DNA from: a virus | Taxonomy: Duplodnaviria; Caudoviricetes | Strand: one strand, 5' to 3' | DNA length: 24,632 bases | Virus record (IMG/VR): IMGVR_UViG_3300048762_000128 | Coordinates: 1-24,632 of that record | Shown here: in pieces, positions 1-8,684 of the stretch | Layout of the letters: every line of letters begins with the position of its first letter | How positions within the stretch are numbered: the first letter of the stretch is position 1 | Notes under the pieces: generated by a model | Told to the model about the DNA's origin: nothing | Seen by the model: the letters and a program-made list of their open reading frames with translations, nothing else | The model's database searches: none | Position numbers and translations under genes: made by a program

Positions 1-429
1 AACTCGGACACCGCCCAGGGCCGCCTGTTGACCGGAAACGCCCAGTTGCCGGTTTGCCGCCGCCGCTTCCGCTGCTGCTGCTGCCGCTGCTTTAGCCTGC
101 GCTTTGATTGCCGCCGCCGCTTCCGCTGCTGCTGCTGCCGCTGCGCGTTCAGATTGGACGAATCCATCAAGAACCGCCTGCGCGACCCTCAACGCCGCAG
201 TGTCCTCGTCTACACACTGAGTGGCAAACTTAATTGATCCGGCACCCCCCCTGGTCGCATTGGTCAATAGCTCTTGCGATTGAGCCAAACGCAAGGTAGC
301 AGCAGTGACGGCATTCTGAGCAGCGGCCATGTCTGCCGCAGAAGCCGTAACTTGCCCGGTAGCATCCGCCAGGCCGGCCGAGAGCCCGCTTGTGTCGGCC
401 TTGATCGATACAATCAGTTCGTTTGGCAT
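1..429 (-). CDS. Tail tape measure protein, N-terminal part (runs off the window start)
   Basis: Read by hand (not in the ORF track): ATG at 429 gives MPNELIVSIKADTSGLSAGLADATGQVTASAADMAAAQNAVTAATLRLAQSQELL..., Ala-rich, helical and open to base 1. It follows the tail chaperones, and the N-terminal 'L.V.I.ADTSGL' pattern is typical of tape measures. Confidence 0.8.
   Translation of the reverse strand, partial: MPNELIVSIKADTSGLSAGLADATGQVTASAADMAAAQNAVTAATLRLAQSQELLTNATRGGAGSIKFATQCVDEDTAALRVAQAVLDGFVQSERAAAAAAAEAAAAIKAQAKAAAAAAAEAAAANRQLGVSGQQAALGGVRV
54..144. repeat. 37-bp direct repeat (54-90 and 108-144), 54-nt period
   Basis: ttgccgccgccgcttccgctgctgctgctgccgctgc occurs twice. It encodes AAAAAAEAAAA blocks at 18-aa spacing in the tape measure. 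Confidence 0.9.
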
Positions 430-788
430 GAGAGCCTCAGATCATCCACCAGCTTGAGAAAATCAGGGGTCCGGACAAAAGCTGGCATCTGGGCAAGCGT
501 CTTGACGTGCCGGCGGGGTGGCATGGCGTCTAACGCTTCGGAATTCATTTTGAGCGCCTCCCGTCGTGTAACCTTCGCATCCGCCTTCCCCGGCTCTTTG
601 TAGCCAAGGTAAGCCGCGACCAGGACATCCACGGGCGGGTGACGGAGGAGAAAACCGTCCAGCATGTGAACCTCCTCAAGCGTCATTGCTCGCGTTTCGG
701 CGAGCGTGTAACCGAACCACCGCCCCATGGATCCGAAAATGTACTGGAGGTCTATGCCCCGGCCGGTGCCGCCGGCTCGCTTTCCCCC
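414..788 (-). CDS. Tail assembly chaperone, gpT-like part (reached by -1 frameshift; in-frame ATG at 728)
   Basis: The -1 frame relative to 752..1126 is open from the slippery site: GKRAGGTGRGIDLQYIFGSMGRWFGYTL...RHPPVDVLVAAYLGYK. It lies between the gpG-like gene and the tape measure. Confidence 0.7.
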   Translation of the reverse strand, partial: GGKRAGGTGRGIDLQYIFGSMGRWFGYTLAETRAMTLEEVHMLDGFLLRHPPVDVLVAAYLGYKEPGKADAKVTRREALKMNSEALDAMPPRRHVKTLAQMPAFVRTPDFLKLVDDLRLSCQTN

Positions 789-1126
789 TTGGGTCTGCGC
801 CCCGCTTTTACTGCGGCCAACGCATCGGCCTTCGCCTTCCGCGCCGCGACCTGGTCCTCTTCTGTTTCAAAGTAGTTGACCACGTTGGCCGCATTCACGA
901 CCTGCTGGAACTGCGATTCTTCGGCCTCCGGCGCGAAGGCCTGAAGGGAGCGGACCCAGGCTTCTAGTCCGGTCTCTGAAAAGCCACCAGCAAGCGCCGA
1001 AGCTACTACCAAAGCAATATTGAACTTCCGGCCATTCTTGCCGGCAAGGTCGCACTTTTCGAGTGCATCCACGGTGATCGTGGCCAACTTCACGGTCCGG
1101 CCAGCGAGAGTGATTGTCTTTTCCAT
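752..1126 (-). CDS. Tail assembly chaperone, gpG-like
   Basis: 124 aa, directly after the tail tube. Starts MEKTITLAGRTVKL and ends with a PKGE motif over a G GGG GAA heptamer. Confidence 0.75.
   Translation of the reverse strand: MEKTITLAGRTVKLATITVDALEKCDLAGKNGRKFNIALVVASALAGGFSETGLEAWVRSLQAFAPEAEESQFQQVVNAANVVNYFETEEDQVAARKAKADALAAVKAGRRPKGESEPAAPAGA
782..788 (-). other. Putative programmed -1 ribosomal frameshift site (G GGG GAA)
   Basis: Minus strand reads AAG GGG GAA AGC near the gpG 3' end, followed by a GCCGG-CGGCA-CCGGC hairpin. The downstream ORF is in the -1 frame. Confidence 0.7.
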
Positions 1127-1197
1127 CGGCTGAGTTTCCCCTTTTCTCGGTTGCTGTTGCGTTCCACGTGGAACTTAACGCCTGGAATTCGGGCGTG

Positions 1198-1983
1198 TTA
1201 CCACGCTTGGTAACTGACGAAGGGTATCCCGGCGGCGCCGGCGAAGCCCTCATAATCGACGGTGTACATCGCGTAGTCATCGAGCTTCGTGGCCACATCG
1301 ATCTTGCCCAGACGCGCATTCGGGACAAAGAAGCCGATTCCGCCGCCCTCATAGGGAAAGACGATATTCAGAGCCACGACCGGGCCAAAGCCCATGGGGT
1401 GAGCCTGAACTGTCAGCGTCGTTCCTTGGGCGGGTGCCGCAGGCCACTCGTAATTGATCAAGATGGCAGCGAGCGCATCGGCAGCGTCAAAGGTGTAAGT
1501 TCCGGTGGAAGGAACAACCTTGTACTGCCCCGCGGCGGCAAGCGAGCCGGATCCCACATTCACGAGCGGCTGCCCGGTGGCCGCATACGTCACACCCCAA
1601 TCAACGATCGGGCCGGGCGATGCGTTGGTGACCACGATGGTATAAGGCCCTGAGGAGGCCGGGACGCTGTGAGCCTCGCCGGGATAAGCGGTCGTTTCGA
1701 GCACGTTCGCGACCGGCGCATCCGAAAAGAAAAGCTGGCTCATGAGCGTGTTTGAGACCTGGGCGAGCTCAAAGGTTCCCTTGATCGTGCGCTTGCCCAC
1801 GGCCGAGTCGACGGCCCATTGGCTCTGCCCGAAGAGCGTCTTGATTTCCGCGCCCAGGGTCATTTTCACGTTTTGCAGGACGCCCAGGCCCAGCGGCGTG
1901 GGGTTGACGGGAGGATTCCCGGAACTGGACTGCGGAACCGCAAGAACCACGCCGGAGCCGAATTGCAAGCCTGGAAGAATCAT
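1198..1983 (-). CDS. Major tail (tube) protein with an inserted beta domain
   Basis: 261 aa with SD GGGAG. Motifs FGSG, LGVLQNVKMTL...KTLFGQSQWAVD..VGKRTIKG and C-terminal TKLDDYAMYTVDYEGFA. Sits after the tail terminator. Confidence 0.8.
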   Translation of the reverse strand: MILPGLQFGSGVVLAVPQSSSGNPPVNPTPLGLGVLQNVKMTLGAEIKTLFGQSQWAVDSAVGKRTIKGTFELAQVSNTLMSQLFFSDAPVANVLETTAYPGEAHSVPASSGPYTIVVTNASPGPIVDWGVTYAATGQPLVNVGSGSLAAAGQYKVVPSTGTYTFDAADALAAILINYEWPAAPAQGTTLTVQAHPMGFGPVVALNIVFPYEGGGIGFFVPNARLGKIDVATKLDDYAMYTVDYEGFAGAAGIPFVSYQAW

Positions 1984-2047
1984 TTGAGGTGCTCCCTTTG
2001 CTAAATTCGGCGGATCGCTGCTTTGGTTCTTAGGGGTTCACAGCCCC

Positions 2048-2563
2048 TTACATCCCGCGAAGGATCGAAACTGGAATCACGATAGCACCTTGGTTATTTT
2101 GGGTGCCCTCATTTTGAAGCACGGTCCCCTTCACCCGTGCATGATAAACCACGCCTCCGAGCGTCTGGCGCTGCCCGCCCAGGAGAGGAACCACCGTCAC
2201 CCCATCGGCCGCCAGCGTGGCCTGTTGGAGCTGATAGATCACTGCATCCCGAAGCGCGTTCATCTGGCTCGATGCCACCTCATTCGGGCCGCCCGTATTG
2301 CGGAAAAAGACGAACAGATCGCAGTGGAGCTCATAGCTCGCCGCGCCCTGGGTTTTCTCGATCACATCCTGATTCAATTCGAGCTGATAGATGGCCGGCT
2401 GTTCCGCCTGGCCCACATTCGAGACCTGGGGAAGGCGCCGGCTGGTGGTAGCGAAGGCCGCCGTTCCCGTTGGATTCCCGGAGGTATCCAAAAGCGTCGT
2501 CTGGCTCACCAGCGAAAAGAGGTTCTGAAAGATCGTTTCGGTTGAAATGAATGGTTTGCTCAT
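2048..2563 (-). CDS. Tail terminator / tail completion protein
   Basis: Likely start is MSKPFIST (ATG 2563, ATGA overlap with the upstream stop). Motifs SRRL...EQPAIYQLE, QTLGGVVYHARVKG and IVIPVSIL. Synteny supports the call. Confidence 0.7.
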   Translation of the reverse strand: MSKPFISTETIFQNLFSLVSQTTLLDTSGNPTGTAAFATTSRRLPQVSNVGQAEQPAIYQLELNQDVIEKTQGAASYELHCDLFVFFRNTGGPNEVASSQMNALRDAVIYQLQQATLAADGVTVVPLLGGQRQTLGGVVYHARVKGTVLQNEGTQNNQGAIVIPVSILRGM

Positions 2564-3138
2564 GCGGCCAGCACCTCCGCCAAGATGCCCTTGATTTCTC
2601 CCACGGCCTCCGCCTCCATCTCGGCCAGGCTTGACCGCAGGTAAGACCGTTCCTTCGCCGGAGGGTGCCAGACGTGCATGGCAAACACGATCCCCTCCGG
2701 ACCGACCCACCGGAGCGTGTGTGGGAGCCGGCCTTCGAGAAGCGCCGGCGAATCCTCCGCGGAGTGTGGCGAGATCCGGCCCTGCCCGCTCAGACCGGCC
2801 GCATTGTAAATCGCCTCGTGGGGATAGATGTCGTAATACTCCTTCCCGCCATACTCATGCACCATGCCCACCAGCCAGGCCGGATCTTCGTCCTGGATCC
2901 CGACATACACGCCGCAGACGGCACCAATGAACTGGGCGCTCCAAAGGTCAACCGCACCGCGGAGTTGACCGGTGCGAGCCTGTAGCACCTCACCAGAAAG
3001 CTTCGCTTGGACCCGTTCAAAAAGCTGGCGTCCCAACCCATCGAGTGTGAACTCAATGGCATCGCGTAGTGTCTCCTCTTTGCCCGCCAAACGAGCAGCG
3101 GCCAGATCGGCGTCGACGGTGAGGGTAACAAGGGTCAT
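2560..3138 (-). CDS. Neck/tail completion protein, HK97 gp10-like
   Basis: KLSGEVLQARTGQLR, VHEYGG and HPPAKERSYLRSSL motifs. Translationally coupled on both sides. Confidence 0.75.
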   Translation of the reverse strand: MTLVTLTVDADLAAARLAGKEETLRDAIEFTLDGLGRQLFERVQAKLSGEVLQARTGQLRGAVDLWSAQFIGAVCGVYVGIQDEDPAWLVGMVHEYGGKEYYDIYPHEAIYNAAGLSGQGRISPHSAEDSPALLEGRLPHTLRWVGPEGIVFAMHVWHPPAKERSYLRSSLAEMEAEAVGEIKGILAEVLAA

Positions 3139-4064
3139 TGCGGAATGTGCCTCGTTTTGTAGTGTTCGAGGATCATGCCCACCTGCGGCGGAATCCCAAG
3201 CCGGCTGTAAGCGGTGGTACCGATGCCCGGCTGCACCTGGGAAACCTGCTCAATCCATTGCCGGGACTTATAGCGCGCGGCCACGAGCTCGGTGGCTGCC
3301 TGGGCCAGATCATAAGGCGTCCCACCGTACTGATACGCAAAGTTTACCGCCGCACCGGCCTGGGCGGAATTGAAAGTGTACTGGCCCGTTGCCGGGTTCA
3401 CGTTGTACTGGCCAGCGCCTGGCGCCGCCGGATAGACCACAGCCACGAGCGCGGTTCCGTTTGCAAGCTTAACGCCCTGATCGGCATAGAAGTTCGCGGC
3501 ATTCGCGACGCTAAGAATGTAGGGTCCGGGGCTCGCCGGGACCGTTCCACCCTCGGCCGGGACGCTGAGCACATATCCGGCGGTGTAGCTTACCGCCACA
3601 TTCATAATGCCCTCAGAGAACCGATAAGGCGTGTATCCGAGCGGCGGCGCGTTTCCGTACCCACCCCAAAAGCCCCCGCGGCCGCCCCCTGCCCCGTCTG
3701 CCCATGCGCGCTCCCCCCCGCCCCCGGAACGCAGTGCCAGAGCCGCCTGGAGACCGCTGGTGTCGATTACCCACCCCGGCTTGCTTGGGTCGAGACTTTG
3801 GGGCAGTGCGGTCGTGCCGATCATAAGGCTGGAGACGGAAAGGATGGGATAGTTGCGGAGGTGCTGGCGCGCGCCGCCCGTGCCATCGTACATCTCCGAA
3901 TAGCTCTGAATTTGCGATAGATTATTGCGGCCGGTCAGAGTGAGAACGAAACGGGAAAAGGCGGTTATCGCGCCCTGGATGATCGCCGCGTCGACCGTCG
4001 AGCCTTGATTCAGCCAACTGTTTACCGCGGCCACCGTGGTCAAGTCTATGACGTTCGCGCCCAT
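3135..4064 (-). CDS. Head-tail connector (adaptor) with an inserted beta domain
   Basis: Start MGANVIDLTTVAAVNSWL (ATG 4064). Motifs YSEMYDG..LRNYPILSVSSL, NVAVSYTAGY, PYDLAQAATELVAARYK and IPPQVGMILEHYK. Confidence 0.8.
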   Translation of the reverse strand: MGANVIDLTTVAAVNSWLNQGSTVDAAIIQGAITAFSRFVLTLTGRNNLSQIQSYSEMYDGTGGARQHLRNYPILSVSSLMIGTTALPQSLDPSKPGWVIDTSGLQAALALRSGGGGERAWADGAGGGRGGFWGGYGNAPPLGYTPYRFSEGIMNVAVSYTAGYVLSVPAEGGTVPASPGPYILSVANAANFYADQGVKLANGTALVAVVYPAAPGAGQYNVNPATGQYTFNSAQAGAAVNFAYQYGGTPYDLAQAATELVAARYKSRQWIEQVSQVQPGIGTTAYSRLGIPPQVGMILEHYKTRHIPQ

Positions 4065-4158
4065 GCATCCCACCTTCAAATATCACGGGCGAACTCTGTG
4101 AAAGCCCGCCCGCTGGGCCATCACGCTCCGCCGTGGGACGCTCCGGCCGTCTCTGCGA

Positions 4159-4314
4159 TTAGCTGCTGTGAATCACTCCCAAAAGCAAGCAAGCCAGGAG
4201 AGCGAACAGCAACACGCCCAAAATCCCAAAGCCATAGCGGTAATGCGGTTCCGGAGCGCGGTAAGCATCCGTGAAAAGCATCAGGACGAGCACAACCAAA
4301 ATTAGGGTGATCAC
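4159..4314 (-). CDS. Small two-TM membrane protein (51 aa)
   Basis: SD GGAGG then GTG at 4314: MITLILVVLVLMLFTDAYRAPEPHYRYGFGILGVLLFALLACLLLGVIHSS. Confidence 0.6.
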   Translation of the reverse strand: MITLILVVLVLMLFTDAYRAPEPHYRYGFGILGVLLFALLACLLLGVIHSS

Positions 4315-4334
4315 TTGGAAAACCTCCGCGATTG

Positions 4335-4410
4335 AAAATGGTTGCCCGGAACCTTGCTGGGTTCCGGGCCTGGGGAGCGGGGCCGCGCCGGTTTGGGCTC
4401 CGCTCCCCAT
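4335..4410 (-). terminator. Tandem hairpins after the capsid stop (possible terminator or mRNA stabiliser)
   Basis: GGGGAGCGG..CCGCTCCCC stem, then GCCCGGAACC..GGTTCCGGGC stem, followed by AACCATTTTC on the minus strand. Confidence 0.5.
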
Positions 4411-4416
4411 ACCTGG

Positions 4417-6186
4417 TTAGAACAGAGCAGCCTGTCCGTATGGGCCGGCTCCCTTGATGTAGCCGAGGAGCTGGGGAGTCTTGACGGCAAGGACCTCTTC
4501 CGAATACACGCCGAAGGGAAGTTTGCGGCTGGTCTGTGCGAACTCGATCCCATAGGTATCGCGCCGCACGAAAACGCCGCGGGTTTCGCCGAGCCGGCTG
4601 TTGTCATACGCGATGCCCAGGTTGTCGACATCGAACAGGATCGTGCCCTTGGGCAAGTAAGGATGCTGCACGATGTCGATGAAGCTGCCGCCCGCAAGCG
4701 AGAAAATGTTGTGATACTGGGCGATGTGTTGATTGACGCTGATTCCGCTGCCATCCGTCTTTGGGCCGCCGCCGGCAAAGAAGAAATTCATCGCGGTCGA
4801 GCCCGTCGCGCCCACCATAAAGGCCGAGCGGAAGCCCGGTACCTGATCGGTGGACAGGTAAATCCGGGTCGGGCTGGTGAGACTGGCCTGTTGGATGGCA
4901 AACAGGACGTTGTCAATCTCCGTGACGGAGCCCACCAGGCCGCCATTGGTGAGCCCGGCGCCGTGCAGATCCACGCCGCCGGGGAGAGCGGTCTGGGTGC
5001 TGTTGGCGGGATACGTCCAGGTTGGCAGCCCGATGGTGTAGGCGGAGTTCGATGCAATCGTGAGAAGCCCATCCTGGTCCAGAGGGTTGGTGGACAGATC
5101 CGAGGCAAAGCCGGCATAGCCTCCCTGGCCCGCATACGCCGCGGTCTGGGTGCCCTGAGTTTGGCCGAAGTAGTTGAAGCTGGAGATTCCGGCCGTGATC
5201 CCGGACAGCTTGGCGCTGGCGGCGGAGGGCGAAAAAGTGGCGGCGGTGTTGATCTGCACAAACCAGGCATATCCCCACGCACCGGCCTGGGGAACACAAG
5301 AGAACTGGATGGTTTTGGTCCCGGAGACCGTGGGGCCGACAACATTTGAAGCGGCCGAGACGATGGCCGTTCCGCCATTGATCACGTCGCTCGATGAGTC
5401 GGAATTCGTCCGGAGAAACTGAGTCGTGATCCCGGCCGCTACCGTATTGGTCGGATTGGTGATCGCGCGATAGTTCAGCGCCACGGCATAGGCGGCCGCA
5501 TAGCTGCCCACCGGCAGGACGCCGGTCACGTAGCTGCTATTGTTCAGTGCGGAAAGGACGCCCACCGGGGTGTTGGTGGTACTGAGCTGGAGTGCGCCAT
5601 TGGAGGCGCTGGTGCCGGAGCCGCCCACGTAGGTCCGCTCTTGCATCCGGACGAACCGAAGCAGCTCCATCATCTTGCCATCCCCCAGCACATCCTCGTA
5701 GCCTTCGCCGGCGGACATCGCCTCATAGGTGACAAAGTCGTTGGTGCCCATTGTCACGTAAGGGCTCGAAAAGTTCAGGCTGGTGAAAGAGCTATTGGCG
5801 TTCGTGTTGCCTTCGGACACGAACGGGGGAGTGCTCGTCGCGTCGAGCGAGGAGATCGCGCGCCATTGAGGCTGCACACCGTAACCGTCGTTGACCCTGT
5901 CCCACCGCGGCGTGGTGTTACGGATCGGCGTGTAAATCGGGTCCAGCATGTAAGCCGGCGCGCGCAGATCGATGAAAACCAGATCCAGGCCGGTCGTGAT
6001 GCCAACCGTGGTGCTGGACTTGGCCAGGCACCGAGGGTCGCTCAGTTTGAACTTCCGGAGATTGTCCTGAACGTACTGGCGAAATTTCTTCACGCCATGT
6101 TCGCGGACCAGCTCCTCCACGCGCCCCATGTCAGTCTTTGAAGCCAGTTGCGCGAAATTTGCCTGTGAAATGCCGGATTGGCGCAT
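4417..6186 (-). CDS. Major capsid protein (589 aa)
   Basis: Strong SD (AAGAGGAG) before ATG 6186. Motifs DLRAPAYMLDPIYTPIRNTTPR, VSEG, IVQHPYLPKGTILF and FGVYSEEVL. It follows the protease/scaffold gene. Confidence 0.85.
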   Translation of the reverse strand: MRQSGISQANFAQLASKTDMGRVEELVREHGVKKFRQYVQDNLRKFKLSDPRCLAKSSTTVGITTGLDLVFIDLRAPAYMLDPIYTPIRNTTPRWDRVNDGYGVQPQWRAISSLDATSTPPFVSEGNTNANSSFTSLNFSSPYVTMGTNDFVTYEAMSAGEGYEDVLGDGKMMELLRFVRMQERTYVGGSGTSASNGALQLSTTNTPVGVLSALNNSSYVTGVLPVGSYAAAYAVALNYRAITNPTNTVAAGITTQFLRTNSDSSSDVINGGTAIVSAASNVVGPTVSGTKTIQFSCVPQAGAWGYAWFVQINTAATFSPSAASAKLSGITAGISSFNYFGQTQGTQTAAYAGQGGYAGFASDLSTNPLDQDGLLTIASNSAYTIGLPTWTYPANSTQTALPGGVDLHGAGLTNGGLVGSVTEIDNVLFAIQQASLTSPTRIYLSTDQVPGFRSAFMVGATGSTAMNFFFAGGGPKTDGSGISVNQHIAQYHNIFSLAGGSFIDIVQHPYLPKGTILFDVDNLGIAYDNSRLGETRGVFVRRDTYGIEFAQTSRKLPFGVYSEEVLAVKTPQLLGYIKGAGPYGQAALF

Positions 6187-6289
6187 GGAAATGCTCCTCT
6201 TACCGGCGGTTTGGGTTATGGGTGGACGGGGCAGCAACCCCGCGAATCTTGGAAACGGGCGGCCCTTAATCCCGGACCGCCCGGATCAC

Positions 6290-7816
6290 TCAGTGAGTGA
6301 TGCTGGATGCCTCAAGCTCCTCGAAGCCGGTGGCTGTCTTGGCCAGGGGATCGATGTTGCCGCTGTGAGCGCCGCCGGTCGCCGGCGTTGCCGCCAACTT
6401 GGCGACCAGATCAGCGAGCGATTTCTTCAACTCAAGCATCTGGGCCTCCATGGCCTTGTCGCCCTTTTCGCCCGGCTCGGGCTCGTTGCCCTCCATGGCA
6501 TCCTTGGCGGCCTTCATGCATTTCTCGATGTGCTCGCCCACCGCCTTGTGCTTCTCTTCCATGGCATCCGTGGACTTCTTCATGTGCTCGCCCTGGGCCT
6601 TGTGCATCTCCGCCAGCTTTTCCAGGTGATCGTGCACCGTCTTTGCCGCTTTGGTGAGTCCGGCCTGATCCGTGATCTTCATGCCCTTTTCCCCTTTTCC
6701 GGCCTCTGCGGCCAATTCATCTGCCTCTTCGACTGCCATGGCTTTGAACTCTGCGAGGAGACTCAGCCAGGCCTCACGCATCCCCCCGGGAACCTTGCTC
6801 CCATCATCCTCATAATCGCGCTCCCATTCGGCCTGCAAACAGAGCCAGTGGAGGTTTTCAATGAGGCTGGCGAAATCGCCTACCTGATAAAGCCCCTTTT
6901 CGAGGGAAATCTTAGCACACACCATTCCAATGGCTGCCTTATCGGTGTCCGAGACATCGATCCCGTGCTCTTTTGCCGCGGCCATGATCTTTCGCTTGGC
7001 GGCCTTTTTCTCCTCTTCGCTCATGCCTTCGGTCTGCCCGAACCGGGCCAGAGCATTCCGGATGTGGGTCTTCGTCTTTTCCTCATCCGAGAACTTGATG
7101 GGCAGTTTCCACGTCGATGTATCCTCGGGATCGCCGACAAAGGCAAAACAGGAACTGGTTAGATCCTCACCATCGACGCGCTTGGTTTTCTTCTCTTTCA
7201 GGAGTTCCTGTAGGATGGCCAATTCACGTTCCATTTTGATCAAACGGGCCTGGTCAACTCCAAGAATCTGCAAAGGAACCTGTTCAGTAACCCCGGCTGC
7301 CTTTGCCAACGTAACGGTCCGGCCCTTCATCGTCTCCACCAGCGCCTGCGGAAGGCAGGGCGAGTCTACGGCCGAGACTTCGGCGGGATCAGCCACGTAC
7401 CGCTTGCACCCTGGGAACTTCGGATCTGCGACCAACTCGCCGACATAAGCGCCGCCTTGGGAAAAGCCGATCAGTACCCCGGTCTTGAACTTAAGCACAG
7501 AAACGGGATCTACCACCTGAAAACCCATCTTGATGGCCTTGTTGGCATCGTCAAAATCGATCGTCCGCCCGGCGCCGATCGCCTTGAGTTGGTGCATCTC
7601 CCGCATGGGCATGATTGAGGGCGTCATACCATCCACGGCGGAAGTAAGTTTGAACATGCTGGCCGTTTTCGCCTGAAAAAATGGCTTTGTCCCGGCATAA
7701 TCGCAGACCTCGTTTTCGAGGTCGGGCTGCTCGGCTGTCACGGTGCCATAAACGAATAGCGTTCCATCCGTCTGCTCTTCCATCTTGGTCAATGGAACGA
7801 ATTTCTCGAACTTCAT
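6290..7816 (-). CDS. Prohead protease (XkdF-like) + DUF6582-like domain + scaffold fusion
   Basis: N-terminal VYG..TAEQPDLENE, MREMHQ, GFSQGG and EVSAVDSP. Middle FAF..KLPI..HIRNALARFGQ..IMAAAKEHGIDVS. Charged coiled-coil C-terminus. Confidence 0.8.
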   Translation of the reverse strand: MKFEKFVPLTKMEEQTDGTLFVYGTVTAEQPDLENEVCDYAGTKPFFQAKTASMFKLTSAVDGMTPSIMPMREMHQLKAIGAGRTIDFDDANKAIKMGFQVVDPVSVLKFKTGVLIGFSQGGAYVGELVADPKFPGCKRYVADPAEVSAVDSPCLPQALVETMKGRTVTLAKAAGVTEQVPLQILGVDQARLIKMERELAILQELLKEKKTKRVDGEDLTSSCFAFVGDPEDTSTWKLPIKFSDEEKTKTHIRNALARFGQTEGMSEEEKKAAKRKIMAAAKEHGIDVSDTDKAAIGMVCAKISLEKGLYQVGDFASLIENLHWLCLQAEWERDYEDDGSKVPGGMREAWLSLLAEFKAMAVEEADELAAEAGKGEKGMKITDQAGLTKAAKTVHDHLEKLAEMHKAQGEHMKKSTDAMEEKHKAVGEHIEKCMKAAKDAMEGNEPEPGEKGDKAMEAQMLELKKSLADLVAKLAATPATGGAHSGNIDPLAKTATGFEELEASSITH

Positions 7817-7824
7817 GGCGCTCC

Positions 7825-8295
7825 TTAGACGAGGACCGTAGCCTTCCAGGCCGTCCCATTGTAGATGTAGAGGGTGCCGGTCGCTGGATCGAAGGCCATG
7901 GTGCCAGATGCTGGCGTGGTAGATGGCGCGCCGCTGGTGGCCGGAATGGTGCCGGCAAGAACAACCCCGGCCGGAATGGAAACCAGCGTGGCGGCCGCCG
8001 ATCCAGGGCCGCTAGCGGTCACGTTGCCGGTTAGCGCCGTGATGCCCGCGGGCGTCTGCCAGGTTGCGGCAGCGGCGCCGGTGGCTGTTGGCACCTTCCC
8101 GATGCTGGGGGTGCCGGTGAGAGTAACGCCCGGCGGGATCTTCACCGCCGTCGCCGCAACCGAGCCAATCCCGCTGGCCGTCACGTCGCCGGTTAGCGCC
8201 GTGATCCCTTCGGTTGTCTGGAGAGCCTGGACAGCAAGCACCAGCGCATTGAGCGTTTTTTCAGGGGAGGCTGGATTCGGAAGAATGAGAGTCAT
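7825..8295 (-). CDS. Putative head fibre / decoration protein
   Basis: A/T/G-rich with two GITALTG(D/N)VTASG.GS.AAT repeats 54 aa apart and a C-terminal GTMAFDPATGTLYIYNGTAW. Confidence 0.55.
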   Translation of the reverse strand: MTLILPNPASPEKTLNALVLAVQALQTTEGITALTGDVTASGIGSVAATAVKIPPGVTLTGTPSIGKVPTATGAAAATWQTPAGITALTGNVTASGPGSAAATLVSIPAGVVLAGTIPATSGAPSTTPASGTMAFDPATGTLYIYNGTAWKATVLV

Positions 8296-8336
8296 GGCGG
8301 CAAAGCCTCCGATACACCGGAAATCTTAGCACAGGG

Positions 8337-8684
8337 CTATTTGAGCCCGGCCGCCAGGATGCGCCTTTGCTTTCGGTTGGGGCCGCCTTTATTTGTGTAA
8401 AGCATTACCGGCGGCCGCTTCATTTCACGCCGCCCGGTCTTCTGTATCCCGCGCGCCTTCGCTATCTGGGCCTTGGCCATGGCCACGAACCCAGGAGAGG
8501 TAATCCGCTGTATCAGCTCCCCCGGAATGCCCTCAAGCTGGTCGGTACTGATCGTGCCATCCCAGTCAAAGACCAGGCGCGCCATGATGGAGGCATCGCT
8601 CTCCGCCGGCTCGGCGGTGCCGACAGGGACCTTATCGTAAAGACCTTCCTCCATCTCGATTCTGGCCAACTCATCCATGGACAA
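8337..8684 (-). CDS. Hypothetical protein with a C-terminal NRKQRR motif
   Basis: SD GGAG before TTG 8684 (alternative ATG at 8678). Overlaps the previous ORF. Confidence 0.6.
   Translation of the reverse strand: MSMDELARIEMEEGLYDKVPVGTAEPAESDASIMARLVFDWDGTISTDQLEGIPGELIQRITSPGFVAMAKAQIAKARGIQKTGRREMKRPPVMLYTNKGGPNRKQRRILAAGLK

Noticed and set aside
28-237. Cys/Arg repeat ORF on the plus strand (CRRRFRCCCC)
   Set aside because: It is the antisense reading of the poly-Ala repeat in the tape measure.
245-251. C7 homopolymer as a phase-variation site or frameshift in the tape measure
   Set aside because: The reading frame is intact through it, and nothing indicates variation.
4342-7162. Long plus-strand ORFs (4342..5349, 6128..7162 and similar ones over the portal, connector and tail genes)
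   Set aside because: They are antisense shadows of GC-rich genes, with no motifs or SD.
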